A DNA stretch of 64,000 nt from an uncultured delta proteobacterium. Lineage in GTDB: Bacteria > Desulfobacterota > Binatia > Binatales > Binataceae. Made by a program: the position numbers and the translations under genes. The notes beneath the pieces are model-generated. The model made no database searches. It was not told the origin of the DNA and worked only from the letters and a program-made list of their open reading frames with translations. The stretch's first letter is position 1, and the number at the start of each line of letters is the position of its first letter. This document shows, in pieces, positions 36,603 through 46,172 of this stretch. The DNA is taken from contig CAWEEQ010000004.1 in assembly GCA_963808235.1 (NCBI GenBank), positions 2,296,243 to 2,360,242 on the forward strand, read 5' to 3'.

Positions 36603-37601
36603 ATGGCTACCAAAATAGTTGAGGTTCACCCGGGTATCTACGAAATCTTTCTGCCGCTGCCGATGCGGCCGACAATCATCAATGTGTACCTGGTCGATTG
36701 TCATGGCGCGTGGACGCTTATCGATACCGGGATGCATACGGACGACAGCATCGCGGCGCTGGAAGCGGCGTTTGCGGAAGTCGGAATCAAGGTCGAGGAT
36801 CTGGACGCACTGATCGCGACTCATCACCATATCGATCACTTCGGCGCGTCGGGCGAGATTCGCCGGCGCAGTCATGCGGTAACGCACATCCATCGCCTTG
36901 AGGCAGAACGCGCGGGAAGGATGATCGAGTTCGGGAAAATGAGTCCCAACGATCGGCCTGAATCGCGAGCTTTCTTCGCGCGCCACGGATTTCCGATCGA
37001 ACAGTTCTCGCCGGCCGGGATGCGTCCGGCGTGGATGGGAACCTCGATGTACGGACCGGTGACCAAGCCCGACAAGTTCATCGACGACCACGACGTGGTC
37101 AAAGTCGGGGACCGCGAATTCGAAGTCATCTGGACGCCGGGCCATTCGCCGGGACACAACGTGATTTACCTGCGTAAGGAAAAAGTGATGATCGTCGGCG
37201 ATCACTTGCTGCCCAAAATTACCCCGCACGTCGGCATCTACCCGGACAATGTGGGCGGCAATCCGCTCGGCGACTTTATAAATTCACAGCTCAAGGTGCA
37301 GAAGTTCGACGTTGAGCTGGTCCTCCCCGCGCACGGCGGCATCTACCACGACCATCGTCATCGCGCGAATCAACTTATCGAGCATCACCGCTATCGCGAA
37401 GCCGAGATGCTCGATCTGACGCGCAAAGCCCCGCAGACGGCATATGAAGTGGCGAGCCAGGTCTTCGGCGGGGAAGAAAGACCCATATTCCACGTGATGG
37501 CTGCGACCTTTGAAACCCTCGCGCACCTGGAACTGGCCTGTTTCGAGGGCCGGGCGCGCAAGTCCGAACGGGGCGAACGGACGGTGTTCCAAGCATTATG
37601 A
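36603..37601 (+). CDS. MBL-fold metallo-hydrolase
   Basis: HHHIDHFGASG (HxHxDH) and a later HSPGH motif. Confidence 0.8.
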   Translation: MATKIVEVHPGIYEIFLPLPMRPTIINVYLVDCHGAWTLIDTGMHTDDSIAALEAAFAEVGIKVEDLDALIATHHHIDHFGASGEIRRRSHAVTHIHRLEAERAGRMIEFGKMSPNDRPESRAFFARHGFPIEQFSPAGMRPAWMGTSMYGPVTKPDKFIDDHDVVKVGDREFEVIWTPGHSPGHNVIYLRKEKVMIVGDHLLPKITPHVGIYPDNVGGNPLGDFINSQLKVQKFDVELVLPAHGGIYHDHRHRANQLIEHHRYREAEMLDLTRKAPQTAYEVASQVFGGEERPIFHVMAATFETLAHLELACFEGRARKSERGERTVFQAL

Positions 37602-37718
37602 GCACGTTACAGGGGTTTGCTAATTCTTCCATTCGGTGTATTTTGACGCTGCTCATAAAGTGAGCGGCGTTAAACTTGTTAGCTGTGCGGAGGGGTCGCT
37701 AGATTGAAGGAGGATGCC

Positions 37719-38099
37719 ATGAAAGGGAAGATTGGTTTAGTGCTGGCCTCGGGGCTGGCATTATTGGTCGCCGGATGCGCTAGCCAGGGAGGCGGCACAT
37801 CATCTTCGTCGGCACCAGGTGGGGCGGCTGCCGCAGCGCAGAGTGCCAGCGCGCCGGCTGCTACCAGAAATTTCAACCTGGCCGTCAAGTGCCCGGGCGT
37901 CCATTGGGAAAAGTCCCACGGCTGGTCGGATGCGCAAATCATGCAGCAGGAATCGCTTGACGAGGGCGACATTCCCGCTTGTGAACAATGGGTAGCAGCT
38001 CAACCCAAGGGCTACGTGCCTCCTCCGCCCGGAGGAGCAACGGCATCGGCCGCGGCACCTGCCCCGGCGGGTGGCGCTCCAGCACCGACGAAGCAGTAA
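37719..38099 (+). CDS. Hypothetical lipoprotein
   Basis: RBS AAGGAGG upstream. Lipobox LLVAGCAS. Ala/Pro-rich mature region. Confidence 0.5.
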   Translation: MKGKIGLVLASGLALLVAGCASQGGGTSSSSAPGGAAAAAQSASAPAATRNFNLAVKCPGVHWEKSHGWSDAQIMQQESLDEGDIPACEQWVAAQPKGYVPPPPGGATASAAAPAPAGGAPAPTKQ

Positions 38100-38172
38100 T
38101 ATCCTCGCTTGAGAGGGGCACCCAGCGTAAATCACGCGGGTCAAACCCGGCCTCAGGAGAGCAAAAACTAAG

Positions 38173-38216
38173 GCGGCGTGGCATCTTCGATCAGATGCCG
38201 CGCCGCCTTTCTATTA
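38173..38216. terminator. Bidirectional intrinsic terminator between convergent genes
   Basis: Near-perfect 15-bp inverted repeat GGCGGCGTGGCATCT / AGATGCCGCGCCGCC with a 6-nt loop. It is flanked by an A-tract upstream and TTTCTATT downstream. Confidence 0.6.
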
Positions 38217-38262
38217 TGCGGAAGTTTCGCTGGGCGCGATTGGCGCCAGTTTCCAGTTCGTG

Positions 38263-38787
38263 TTAGCGAGCGCGCACGGCGCGCTTTGCATCGCGACGGG
38301 CCGGAGCGCTGATTCGTCCGCTGCGCACCACTGGCGAGCGGCGCGCCAAACGACGAGTGGACACGCCCGCAAGCTGCTGACTGCGCCAGTCACGCAAACC
38401 ACTGCGCAGGAATTGCGGCTCGATCCCGAGCGTCTCGCAAACCGTCTCGAACGAGAACGGTCCTTCTCCACCCTCGCCGCACAGCCAATGTTCAGCCTCG
38501 CTGAATAAGCGCTTGCGAGGACCGCCCTTGGCGTCGGCGTTGTTCTGAAAGCATCTGAGGGCGTCTTCAAGGATCGCCATCATCAGCTTCTTCACAGGCC
38601 GGATCGAACTATCATCGCGGCGGCTGTCGTAGAACTGCTCGGGCGTAAGCACGTCCGGCACAAAGAGGTTACCGATTGCGGTGTTTTCCCATTCCATCGT
38701 TCTTTGCCTTCTCACCCGCCCGCCCCCCGCGCTCAAGCGCCCGGCGATCGGCATCGGGATTCTAATTAAACGGTCTTCTTTCACCAC
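38263..38787 (-). CDS. Conserved hypothetical protein (possible regulator) with Arg-rich C-terminal tail
   Basis: The ORF is preceded by an unusually AT-rich intergenic region. Internal ATG (MEWENT) at 38697 is an alternative start. No confident domain. Confidence 0.45.
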   Translation of the reverse strand: MVKEDRLIRIPMPIAGRLSAGGGRVRRQRTMEWENTAIGNLFVPDVLTPEQFYDSRRDDSSIRPVKKLMMAILEDALRCFQNNADAKGGPRKRLFSEAEHWLCGEGGEGPFSFETVCETLGIEPQFLRSGLRDWRSQQLAGVSTRRLARRSPVVRSGRISAPARRDAKRAVRAR

Positions 38788-38913
38788 TACTTACGCAATG
38801 ATCATGCCGATTTGATGAGCAGGTGCCGCGATCATAATTTACGCAGCAAGACAAGGGGCGGAGGATGCAAATTAGGCGTTTTAGTTGTTGGAGAATTCAA
38901 AAAATATCATACT

Positions 38914-38943
38914 TTTCGCAAAACTGTTCCGCATTTTGCGAAA
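38914..38943. promoter_or_regulatory. Perfect 10-bp inverted repeat TTTCGCAAAA-N9-TTTTGCGAAA inside AT-rich intergenic island
   Basis: Seen directly in the sequence. It sits in a 320-bp AT-rich stretch between two minus-strand genes. A TATGAT -10-like box lies on the minus strand nearby. Confidence 0.35.
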
Positions 38944-39104
38944 TATTGCGCTGTGCGCGATTGTTGACTCATTTGCGACATGCGTTACGCTTTGGCCACA
39001 AATGAGCGCCAAGCGTCGGTATTTTGCCGCCCGCACAGAACTGACTCTGCCGCGCTACTTTTGTGCGAATTTAGAAACAAGCTGACAGATCGGATCAGTC
39101 GCGG

Positions 39105-39779
39105 CTACTGAACGCTGTCGGGACCGCCACTGGTCCCGGCTGGGCCGCGCTTTCGCTCCTCGAGTTTGAAGGTCAGCACATCGAGCAGGCAATCCACCCG
39201 ATCTGCCATCGCTTCGAGCATCGTCTGCTTCTCGAGCGGCGTAACGTCGAGATGGAAGCACAGGAAGTTGATCAATTCAGCACCGCGAAGGCCGCGCTGC
39301 TCAACGATCGTGCGCCACGCCTCTTGTGCAGGCTGACCCAGGTAGCGGAGGAGCATTTCGCGCAGTGCGTCCATGGTCTCGGCGTCGCAATCAAGCGCGC
39401 CACGGCGCACGGGGCACCAATTCACCTCGGCCTGTCGATACGGACGATCGCGAATCTCGCGAATGATTCGAAACTCTGCGACGCCCTCGAGCACCAGGTT
39501 GTAGCGGCCGTCAGGAAGTTTGACCAGGCCGCCTATTCGCCCAGCGCATCCGACTTCGAAGATGTCCGGAAAGTTGTCCTTGTCCTGCTCAAATTCGGCC
39601 TTGAGCAGCATCATGCCGATCATACCGTGAGTGTCGGAGACGTCCGCGATCATCTCGCGATAGCGCGGTTCGAAAATGTGCAGCGGCACGCTCAACCCGG
39701 GGAACAGCACAAGGTTCGGCAGCGGGAAGATCGGAATGATAGTGGGTACGTCAGCCACGTTGGGAATTTCGCGTCTCAA
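39105..39779 (-). CDS. LON N-terminal (substrate-binding) domain protein
   Basis: IPIFPLPNLVLFPGLSVPLHIFEPRYREMI is the canonical Lon N-domain start. There is no AAA+ or protease domain. Confidence 0.75.
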   Translation of the reverse strand: MRREIPNVADVPTIIPIFPLPNLVLFPGLSVPLHIFEPRYREMIADVSDTHGMIGMMLLKAEFEQDKDNFPDIFEVGCAGRIGGLVKLPDGRYNLVLEGVAEFRIIREIRDRPYRQAEVNWCPVRRGALDCDAETMDALREMLLRYLGQPAQEAWRTIVEQRGLRGAELINFLCFHLDVTPLEKQTMLEAMADRVDCLLDVLTFKLEERKRGPAGTSGGPDSVQ

Positions 39780-39885
39780 GTCAGGTTAAGGCCGTTACGA
39801 GTGAGGGTCAAGGAAGCGGTCGAGCGATGCGGACGGATGGTGGACATAGCACTGCGCCGCGGTTTTGCTATGTTTCGAGTTATCG

Positions 39886-41361
39886 ATGGAAAGCAGACTG
39901 TTCATCGCCGGACGCTATATCGATGCCGCCAAATCCTCGCGCTTCGCCGACGTCGAGCCTGCGACTGAGCGCGAACTCGCGCAAGTCGCGAGCGCCAGCG
40001 CCGACGACGTCAATCGCGCGGTCGTTGCGGCGCGCGAGGCTGCCGATCACGGCCCCTGGCCACGCATGAGCGCCGATACTCGCGCGGGAATCATTGGCAA
40101 GTTCGCCGACGGGATCGAAAAGCGCGCGCGGGAACTGGGCACGCTCGAGGCGCGCGACGTCGGCAAGCCGGTCTCCGAGTGCGTCAATCACGACGTGTCG
40201 CGCGCGGCGCGCAATCTGCGCTTCTTTGCCGCCGCGGCGCAGACCTGGACTCATGAGGCGGCGCAAAGCGACGCGAAATTTCTCGGCCGCGATTTGAAGC
40301 TGGTGAACTTCACCGAGCGTCCTCCGGTCGGCGTCGGCGCGATCATCATTCCGTGGAACTCGCCGCTGATGCTCGCGACGTGGAACCTGGGCCCCTGTCT
40401 GGCCGCGGGAAATAGCTGCGTGCTGAAGCCGTCGGAGCTGGCGCCGCTCACTTCGATTGCGCTCGGTGAGATCGCGAACGAAGCGGGACTGCCGCGCGGA
40501 GTGTTGAGCATCGTGCCGGGGCTCGGCGACGCAGGCGCTGCGCTGGTGTCGCATCCAGGCGTCGACGCGGTCGCGTTCACCGGCGGCGTCGAGACGGGGC
40601 GACTGCGTGATGGCAAGCGCGGCGACGACGCTCAAGCGCGTGATGCTCGAACTCGGCGGCAAGTCGCCCAACATAGTATTCGCCGACGCGAATCTGAAAC
40701 GCACTGCCGCCGGAGTGGCGCGATCGATCTATCGCAGCCAGGGACAATCATGCGTAGCGGGCGCGCGATTGCTGGTCGAGAGCAGCGTCGCCGCGGAATT
40801 CATCGAATTGCTGATCGCCGAAATACCAAAACTGAAAATAGGCGACCCGCTGAAAGACGACACCGAGTACGGCCCGCTCATCTCGGGGGCGCATCGTGAG
40901 CGCGTGCATGCGCTGGTCGCCGACGCGATCGCCAACGGCGCGAGCGTGCTGGCGGGCGGCAAGATTCCCGCCGAGCCCGCGACCGGTTTCTACTATATGC
41001 CCACGATTCTCGACGGCGTCGACGCGAAGTCGCGCGCCGCGTCCGAGGAAATATTCGGGCCGGTGCTGACTGTGGAGAGATTCGACGACGAAGAGCAGGC
41101 AATCGCGAGTGCGAACGCATCGCGCTACGGCCTCGCGGCTTACGTATGGACCTCGAAATCGATCGCGCGCTCAGAGTCGCAAACTCACTCAAGACCGGGA
41201 TGGTGTGGGTCAACAGTTTCTTCTTGCGCGATCTGCGGACTCCGTTCGGCGGCGCGAGGATGAGCGGACTCGGCCGGCAAGGCGGCCGCTTCAGCATGGA
41301 GTTCTGGACCGAGCCGAAACTTGTTTGTATCGCTTACGGTGAGGAGGAGCACGATGGGTAG
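39886..41361 (+). pseudogene. Aldehyde dehydrogenase (CHMS-dehydrogenase-like) with two compensating frameshifts (+1 near 40605, -1 near 41150)
   Basis: ALDH motifs are split over three ORFs: ...VAFTGGVETGR | VMASAATTLKRVMLELGGKSP...EEIFGPVLTV...YGLAAYVWTS | IDRALRVANSLKTGMVWVNSF. The outer segments share one frame. Confidence 0.75.
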
Positions 41362-42251
41362 GGTGGTCGCCGCGGTGTTCACGACGCACGTGCCGAGGTT
41401 GATGATCCTCGATCAGAGCGCGCGGGTCAGGTACATGGGCCGCAATGTGACGACCTTCTACGACGCGATGCCGCGGCTTGAGCGCGAGCGGTTGCACACG
41501 CTCGACTTCGACACCTTCCTGCTCTTCGACACTCACTGGTTCTCGACCCTCGAATACGTGCTCAACGCGCACGAGCAGCTGCGCGGCGTGTACACCTCGG
41601 AAGAATTGCCGGCAGATGCTCCACGATCTCGAGTACGACTACCAGGGCGACGCCGAACTCGCGCGCGCGGTCGAGTTAGAGGCTCGCGAACGGGGCATTC
41701 GGGCAATCGCGTCGGCGCATCGGAACCTGCCGATACATTATCCGACGCTTAACGTGATGCACTATTTCAATCCCGATGCGCGCCGACGAGTGCTATCGGC
41801 AAGCGTTTGTCAGACCGCGTCAGTGAGGAACGACCTCGCTTATGGCGCGGCGATTGGCCAGGCAATTTGGAAATCCAATCGGCGCGTGGTGATCGTCGCG
41901 TCGGGCGGAATGTCGCACAAGTTCTGGGACTACGATCGAATTTTAGATCGCGCGTCGGCGTCGCCCGAGGACATCGCGTCGACCGCCAATCGCCTTTACG
42001 ACGAGCGGATCATGGAATGGTTCAAGCAGGGGCGTCACGATGCGGTGCTCGCCGCCGCCGACGATTTCCGCGCGCATTGCTCGCCGGAGGGCCGCTTCTC
42101 GCACTACATAATGATGGCGGGCGCGATGGGCGGCGACTCGTGGAACTGGCGCGGCGAGCAATTTGGAAAATACGAGGCAGCGATCGGAACCGGCCAGGCA
42201 ATCTTCTTCTTCCAACCATCAAGCGGCGGCGCCGCCCGCGCGGCTGCCTGA
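41354..42251 (+). pseudogene. LigB-type (class III) extradiol ring-cleavage dioxygenase with +1 frameshift near 41618
   Basis: N-terminus MGRVVAAVFTTHVPRL and later ...YDYQGDAELA...NLPIHYPTLNVMHYFNP...VVIVASGGMSHKF lie in two frames that join at EELP|QMLHD. Confidence 0.7.
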
Positions 42252-42272
42252 GTCAGTTCCTGGAGGTGCGCA

Positions 42273-43162
42273 TTGAAACTTGCACGCGGAATATTGGCGA
42301 TGCTGGTGACGCCGTTTCATGATGATTATCGGCTGAATGAGGCGGCGCTCCGGAAAGAGGTGCAGTGGGCGATCGCAAGCGGCGCGCAGGGCGTGGTTGC
42401 GGCGCCGAGTATCGGCGAGTTCCTCCATATGAACGAAGCGGAACGTGCGAGAGTCTTCGAGATCGTCGTTGAAGAAGCGCGCAAGCATCCGAATGTCTCG
42501 ACAGTCGCGATGACCTCGGGCGCGACGACGCTCGAAACGCTCCACTACGCGAAGATCGCCGCGCGACTCGGATACGACGCGCAGCAGGTGATCCCGCCCT
42601 ACTACTGGCGATGCGGCGAGGCCGAAGTCGAGCGTCATTACAGGATGATCGCCGAGGCTGGCGATTTGCCGGTCGTCATCTACCACAATCCCGCGCTCAG
42701 CAAGTTCAACATCTCGCCGAAGTTTCGCGGGGAGACTCGCGACGATCGAGGGCGTCGTGGCATTCAAGGAAGTGCTGACCGATTTGCAGCATCTCGAGGC
42801 GCTCTACGACGAAGTGGACGGCCGCGCCGATATTTACAATACGTTTCGCGCGATGCTGGCCGGGTTGATGCTCGGAGCGGCCGGGCGGCTTCATCAACAT
42901 TTTCGCGGTGCCGGCGTCGGTCGCATTGATGAAGGCCTTCAAGGCCGGCGATTACAAACGCGCAGAGGAAATTCAGCGTCGTCTCAACCGATGCTTCCCG
43001 CGCGGTGGCGAGGAAACTCTGGGCCATCTCGGAACGACCAAAGTAACCGCCTCGGTAGCGACCGGAATCGAGATGGGTCCGGCGCGGCCGCCGTACATGG
43101 CGCCCGCGGACGCCGCGGAGCGAATCCGGAAACGCTTGCCGCTGCTCAACGAGGTCATCTGA
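42273..43162 (+). pseudogene. DapA/NAL-family (dihydrodipicolinate synthase-like) aldolase with two frameshifts (near 42726 and 42887)
   Basis: LAMLVTPF...IYHNPALSKFNISPKF | AGRLATIEGVVAFKEVLTDL...AMLAGLMLGAAG | GFINIFAVPASVALMKAFKAGDY lies across three frames. Confidence 0.7.
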
Positions 43163-43163
43163 T

Positions 43164-44609
43164 ATGGGCGCGCGATCGGGCAACAACTATCTGACCTCGC
43201 TGAAAAAGCTTGGCGCTGAAATCTGGATTGGCGGCGCACGAGCCGGTGATGTGACCGCGCATCCGGCGTTCGCAAACTGCGCGCGTTCAGTCGCCTCGCT
43301 CTACGACATGCAGATGGAGCATCCCGAGACGATGACCTTCCGCACCGACGATGGCGGACGCGCCGGGATGTCGTTCATGATTCCGAAAAGCGTCGAGGAC
43401 GTTCGCAAGCGAACCCGCATGATGAAGTCATGGGCGGACTTCGGATGCGGGATGCTCGGGCGCACACCCGATTATCTGAACGTGAGTATCGCGGCGATGG
43501 CAGCGGCGCGCGAATTCTTTGCAGCCAGCGACAAACGCCACGGCGACAATATCTGGAACTATTATCTCGAGGCGCGCCATCACGACTGGTGCGCGACGCA
43601 TACGCTGGTAAATCCGCGGGCGAGCCGCGCACAAGGATGGTCAGGACACACCGACGCCGAGTTGGCTCTGAGACTGGTCGAGAAGACCAAGGACGGCATC
43701 ATCGTGAACGGATGCCGGATGCTGGCGACGTTGGCGCCACTCTCGGAAGAATTGCTGGTCTTTCCTTCGACAGTGCTTAAGGCCGAACCGGCTGCCGAGC
43801 CGTTCGCGCTCTCGTTCGCAATCCAGTGCAACACGAAGGGTCTCAAGTTCCTGTGCCGCGACACATATGACCTCGGACGCTCGCGCTTCGACCATCCGCT
43901 CGCGTCGCGCTTCGACGAAATGGACGCGGTGGTCGTGTTCGACAATGTGCTGGTTCCGTGGGAGCGGGTGTTCCTGTGCGGCGATGTTGCGCGATGCAAC
44001 GCGCTGTATGGAGAGACCGGCGCAGTCGTCCACATGATGCATCAGGTGGCGGTGAAGAACGTTGCGAAGAGCGAGTTCCTGCTCGGACTGGCCGCGCGGA
44101 TCGCGGAGGCGAGCGACGCGATGGTGTTGCCGCATGTACGCGAGCGGCTTGCGGAGATGATCACGACCACCGAAACGATGCGGTCCTGTCTGCGCGCCGC
44201 GGAGGCTGACTCAAGTGCGGACAAGTGGGGAGTGTTCGCGCCGGCGCGCGCGCCGCTCGACGCGGCGCGCAACCTCTTTCCGCGCCTGTATCCGCGGATG
44301 GTGGATATAATCCAGCTCAACAGCTCGAGCTCGCTGATGGCGACGCCGGCGGAGAGCGATTTCGCCAATCCTGCCGAGCTGCCCGATATCGAGCGTTACT
44401 TCGCGGCAGCGGACTCACCGGCGCGCGAGCGCGTCGCGCTTTACCGGCTGGCGTGGGAAGTCGCATGCAGCTCCTTCGGCGGTCGCCAGGTCTTGTACGA
44501 GCGGTTTTTCTTTGGCGATCCGGTCCGGATGGCCAGCGCGCTGGTAGATAACACGGATCTGAAGCCGCTTGTCGAGAAGGTTAGGGCGTTTCTGAAGCGC
44601 CCCGACTGA
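43164..44609 (+). CDS. HpaB-family 4-hydroxyphenylacetate 3-monooxygenase-like oxygenase component (two-component flavin monooxygenase)
   Basis: N-terminus NYLTSLKKLGAEIWIGGARAGDVTAHPAFAN.ARSVASLYD matches HpaB. 481 aa, intact. Overlaps the stop of the preceding gene. Confidence 0.75.
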   Translation: MGARSGNNYLTSLKKLGAEIWIGGARAGDVTAHPAFANCARSVASLYDMQMEHPETMTFRTDDGGRAGMSFMIPKSVEDVRKRTRMMKSWADFGCGMLGRTPDYLNVSIAAMAAAREFFAASDKRHGDNIWNYYLEARHHDWCATHTLVNPRASRAQGWSGHTDAELALRLVEKTKDGIIVNGCRMLATLAPLSEELLVFPSTVLKAEPAAEPFALSFAIQCNTKGLKFLCRDTYDLGRSRFDHPLASRFDEMDAVVVFDNVLVPWERVFLCGDVARCNALYGETGAVVHMMHQVAVKNVAKSEFLLGLAARIAEASDAMVLPHVRERLAEMITTTETMRSCLRAAEADSSADKWGVFAPARAPLDAARNLFPRLYPRMVDIIQLNSSSSLMATPAESDFANPAELPDIERYFAAADSPARERVALYRLAWEVACSSFGGRQVLYERFFFGDPVRMASALVDNTDLKPLVEKVRAFLKRPD

Positions 44610-44610
44610 A

Positions 44611-44660
44611 GCCTTGCCATTTGACATTTCGAGATACCATTTGTTCGAACCAAATGGCAG
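44611..44660. promoter_or_regulatory. Putative VapB operator: nested inverted repeats GCCATTTG...CCATTTG-TTCGAAC-CAAATGGC
   Basis: Seen directly in the sequence, 15-60 nt upstream of the vapB ATG. Autoregulatory operators are typical for AbrB/MazE-type antitoxins. Confidence 0.4.
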
Positions 44661-44675
44661 AGTATAGTGGTTTCG

Positions 44676-44951
44676 ATGACGGCAAAATTGAGAGTCGATA
44701 AAGCCGGTCGAGTTGTTCTTCCCAAACCGGTGCGGGAAAAATTGCGGCTTGCCCCAGGTGACGAGTTGGAACTCAAGACGACCGACGACCAGATTACGCT
44801 GCGTCCGTTGCGCGGCACCGCACAGCTCCGGAAAAAGTGCGGCGTGTGGGTGTTCCATTCCGGCGAGCCACTATCCGCCTCGGCAGTCGAGGAGACAATC
44901 GAGCAGATTCGGCGTGAGCGCGATGAGCGGAACACTGGACGGAGGCATTGA
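44676..44951 (+). CDS. vapB: AbrB/MazE/SpoVT-family antitoxin VapB
   Basis: MTAKLRVDKAGRVVLPKPVREKLRLAPGDELEL is the swapped-hairpin antitoxin pattern. Confidence 0.75.
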   Translation: MTAKLRVDKAGRVVLPKPVREKLRLAPGDELELKTTDDQITLRPLRGTAQLRKKCGVWVFHSGEPLSASAVEETIEQIRRERDERNTGRRH

Positions 44952-45373
44952 GAGCCTTCTTCGATACCTCGGTTCTGATCCCCGTCTTTATCGAGGAGCA
45001 TGAACATCACGAGCGAAGTCTGCGCGCTTTTGTCGATGCTGATAAAAAGCGGGACTGCTGTGCCGCTCACAGCATGGCCGAAGTCTACTCCACGATGACC
45101 CGGTTGCCAGGACGACATCGCTTAAGCGGCGAGCAGGTGTTCCTCTTTCTTGAGAACATTCGGGAGCGTCTTACGCTCATCACCCTCACCGGCGACGAGT
45201 ACCACGGGGCGATCAAGGAGGCAGCTGAGGTTGGTATCGTGGGCGGCACGATCTATGACGCCTTGATTGCACGTTGTGCGCTGAAGGCGAAGGCCGAGGC
45301 TATCTACACTTGGAATACGAGACACTTCGAGCAGTTCGGAGCGGAGGTTGTGAGGCGGCTCCGAGCACTTTGA
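44948..45373 (+). CDS. vapC: PIN-domain toxin VapC
   Basis: MRAFFDTSVLIPVF start and acidic PIN residues. 4-nt overlap with vapB. Confidence 0.8.
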   Translation: MRAFFDTSVLIPVFIEEHEHHERSLRAFVDADKKRDCCAAHSMAEVYSTMTRLPGRHRLSGEQVFLFLENIRERLTLITLTGDEYHGAIKEAAEVGIVGGTIYDALIARCALKAKAEAIYTWNTRHFEQFGAEVVRRLRAL

Positions 45374-45427
45374 TCGACCCAGGGCGGTGGCGGTGCTTGA
45401 CGCGTACCGCTATGGTCAGACCTATCC

Positions 45428-46081
45428 ATGGCGAGGCTTCGAAAGGCGGCGCGGATTTGGGGCAATCCCAAGGCGCGCGAAATCGGCGAGCGAGTTCTGA
45501 TCAAGTCGGACGCGCGCCTTTTCACGATCGACCCATTGGCCATTTTCGGACGCCGGGCGCCGCTGGAAATCGAGATCGGCGCGGGCAAGGGCGAGTTTAT
45601 TATCGAGCGCGCGGCGGAGTTTCCGGAGCGCGACTTCATGGCCGTCGAGCTTTCGGGAACGATCACGCATGTGCTGGCGGTCCGATGCGGCCGCGCGGGA
45701 TTGAAGAACCTCCGGGTCGCGCGGATGGACGCGCGGACGCTCGTCAACCTGATGCTGCCCGACGCGAGCGTGAGCGCATTCCACATCTATTTTCCGGACC
45801 CATGGCCGAAGGAGCGTCACGTGAAGCATCGGCTGTTCACACCGACGCTGAGCGCGGGCCTGTTTCGCACCACCCTGCCGGGCGCGACCGCCTACGTCGC
45901 GACCGACGTGCGCAACTACGCCGGTGAGATCTTCCCCATGATGGAGGCGGCGGGCTTTATCCGAGCGGTCGAAGCCGCACCTGGAGCGGAGTTGACCGGC
46001 TTCGCACGCAAGTACGTAGCGCAGGGAAAGCCGGTCTTTTCGGGCTCATTTCGAAGGCCTCGCGCGGCCACGAGCTCCTGA
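45428..46081 (+). CDS. trmB: tRNA (guanine-N7)-methyltransferase
   Basis: LEIEIGAGKGEF and FPDPWPKERHVKHRL motifs. Confidence 0.9.
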   Translation: MARLRKAARIWGNPKAREIGERVLIKSDARLFTIDPLAIFGRRAPLEIEIGAGKGEFIIERAAEFPERDFMAVELSGTITHVLAVRCGRAGLKNLRVARMDARTLVNLMLPDASVSAFHIYFPDPWPKERHVKHRLFTPTLSAGLFRTTLPGATAYVATDVRNYAGEIFPMMEAAGFIRAVEAAPGAELTGFARKYVAQGKPVFSGSFRRPRAATSS

Positions 46082-46172
46082 TTTCTGCTATGTCAATCTC
46101 GACGCCGTAAAAACTCGGCCCGGGGGCTGGATTGCAATGACGGACAGCGTTGTTTAACCTTTTGCGCATTCG

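Noticed and set aside
37676-37690. 10-mer TTAGCTGTGC recurring at 37679 and 62967, upstream of two plus-strand genes
   Set aside because: Two occurrences in 128 kb of double-stranded search space are within chance expectation once many motifs are inspected. It is not reported as a regulatory element.
38788-39104. Sigma-54 (-24/-12) promoter in the AT-rich island
   Set aside because: I found TGGCC but no properly spaced TTGC element on either strand. I cannot support an RpoN site.
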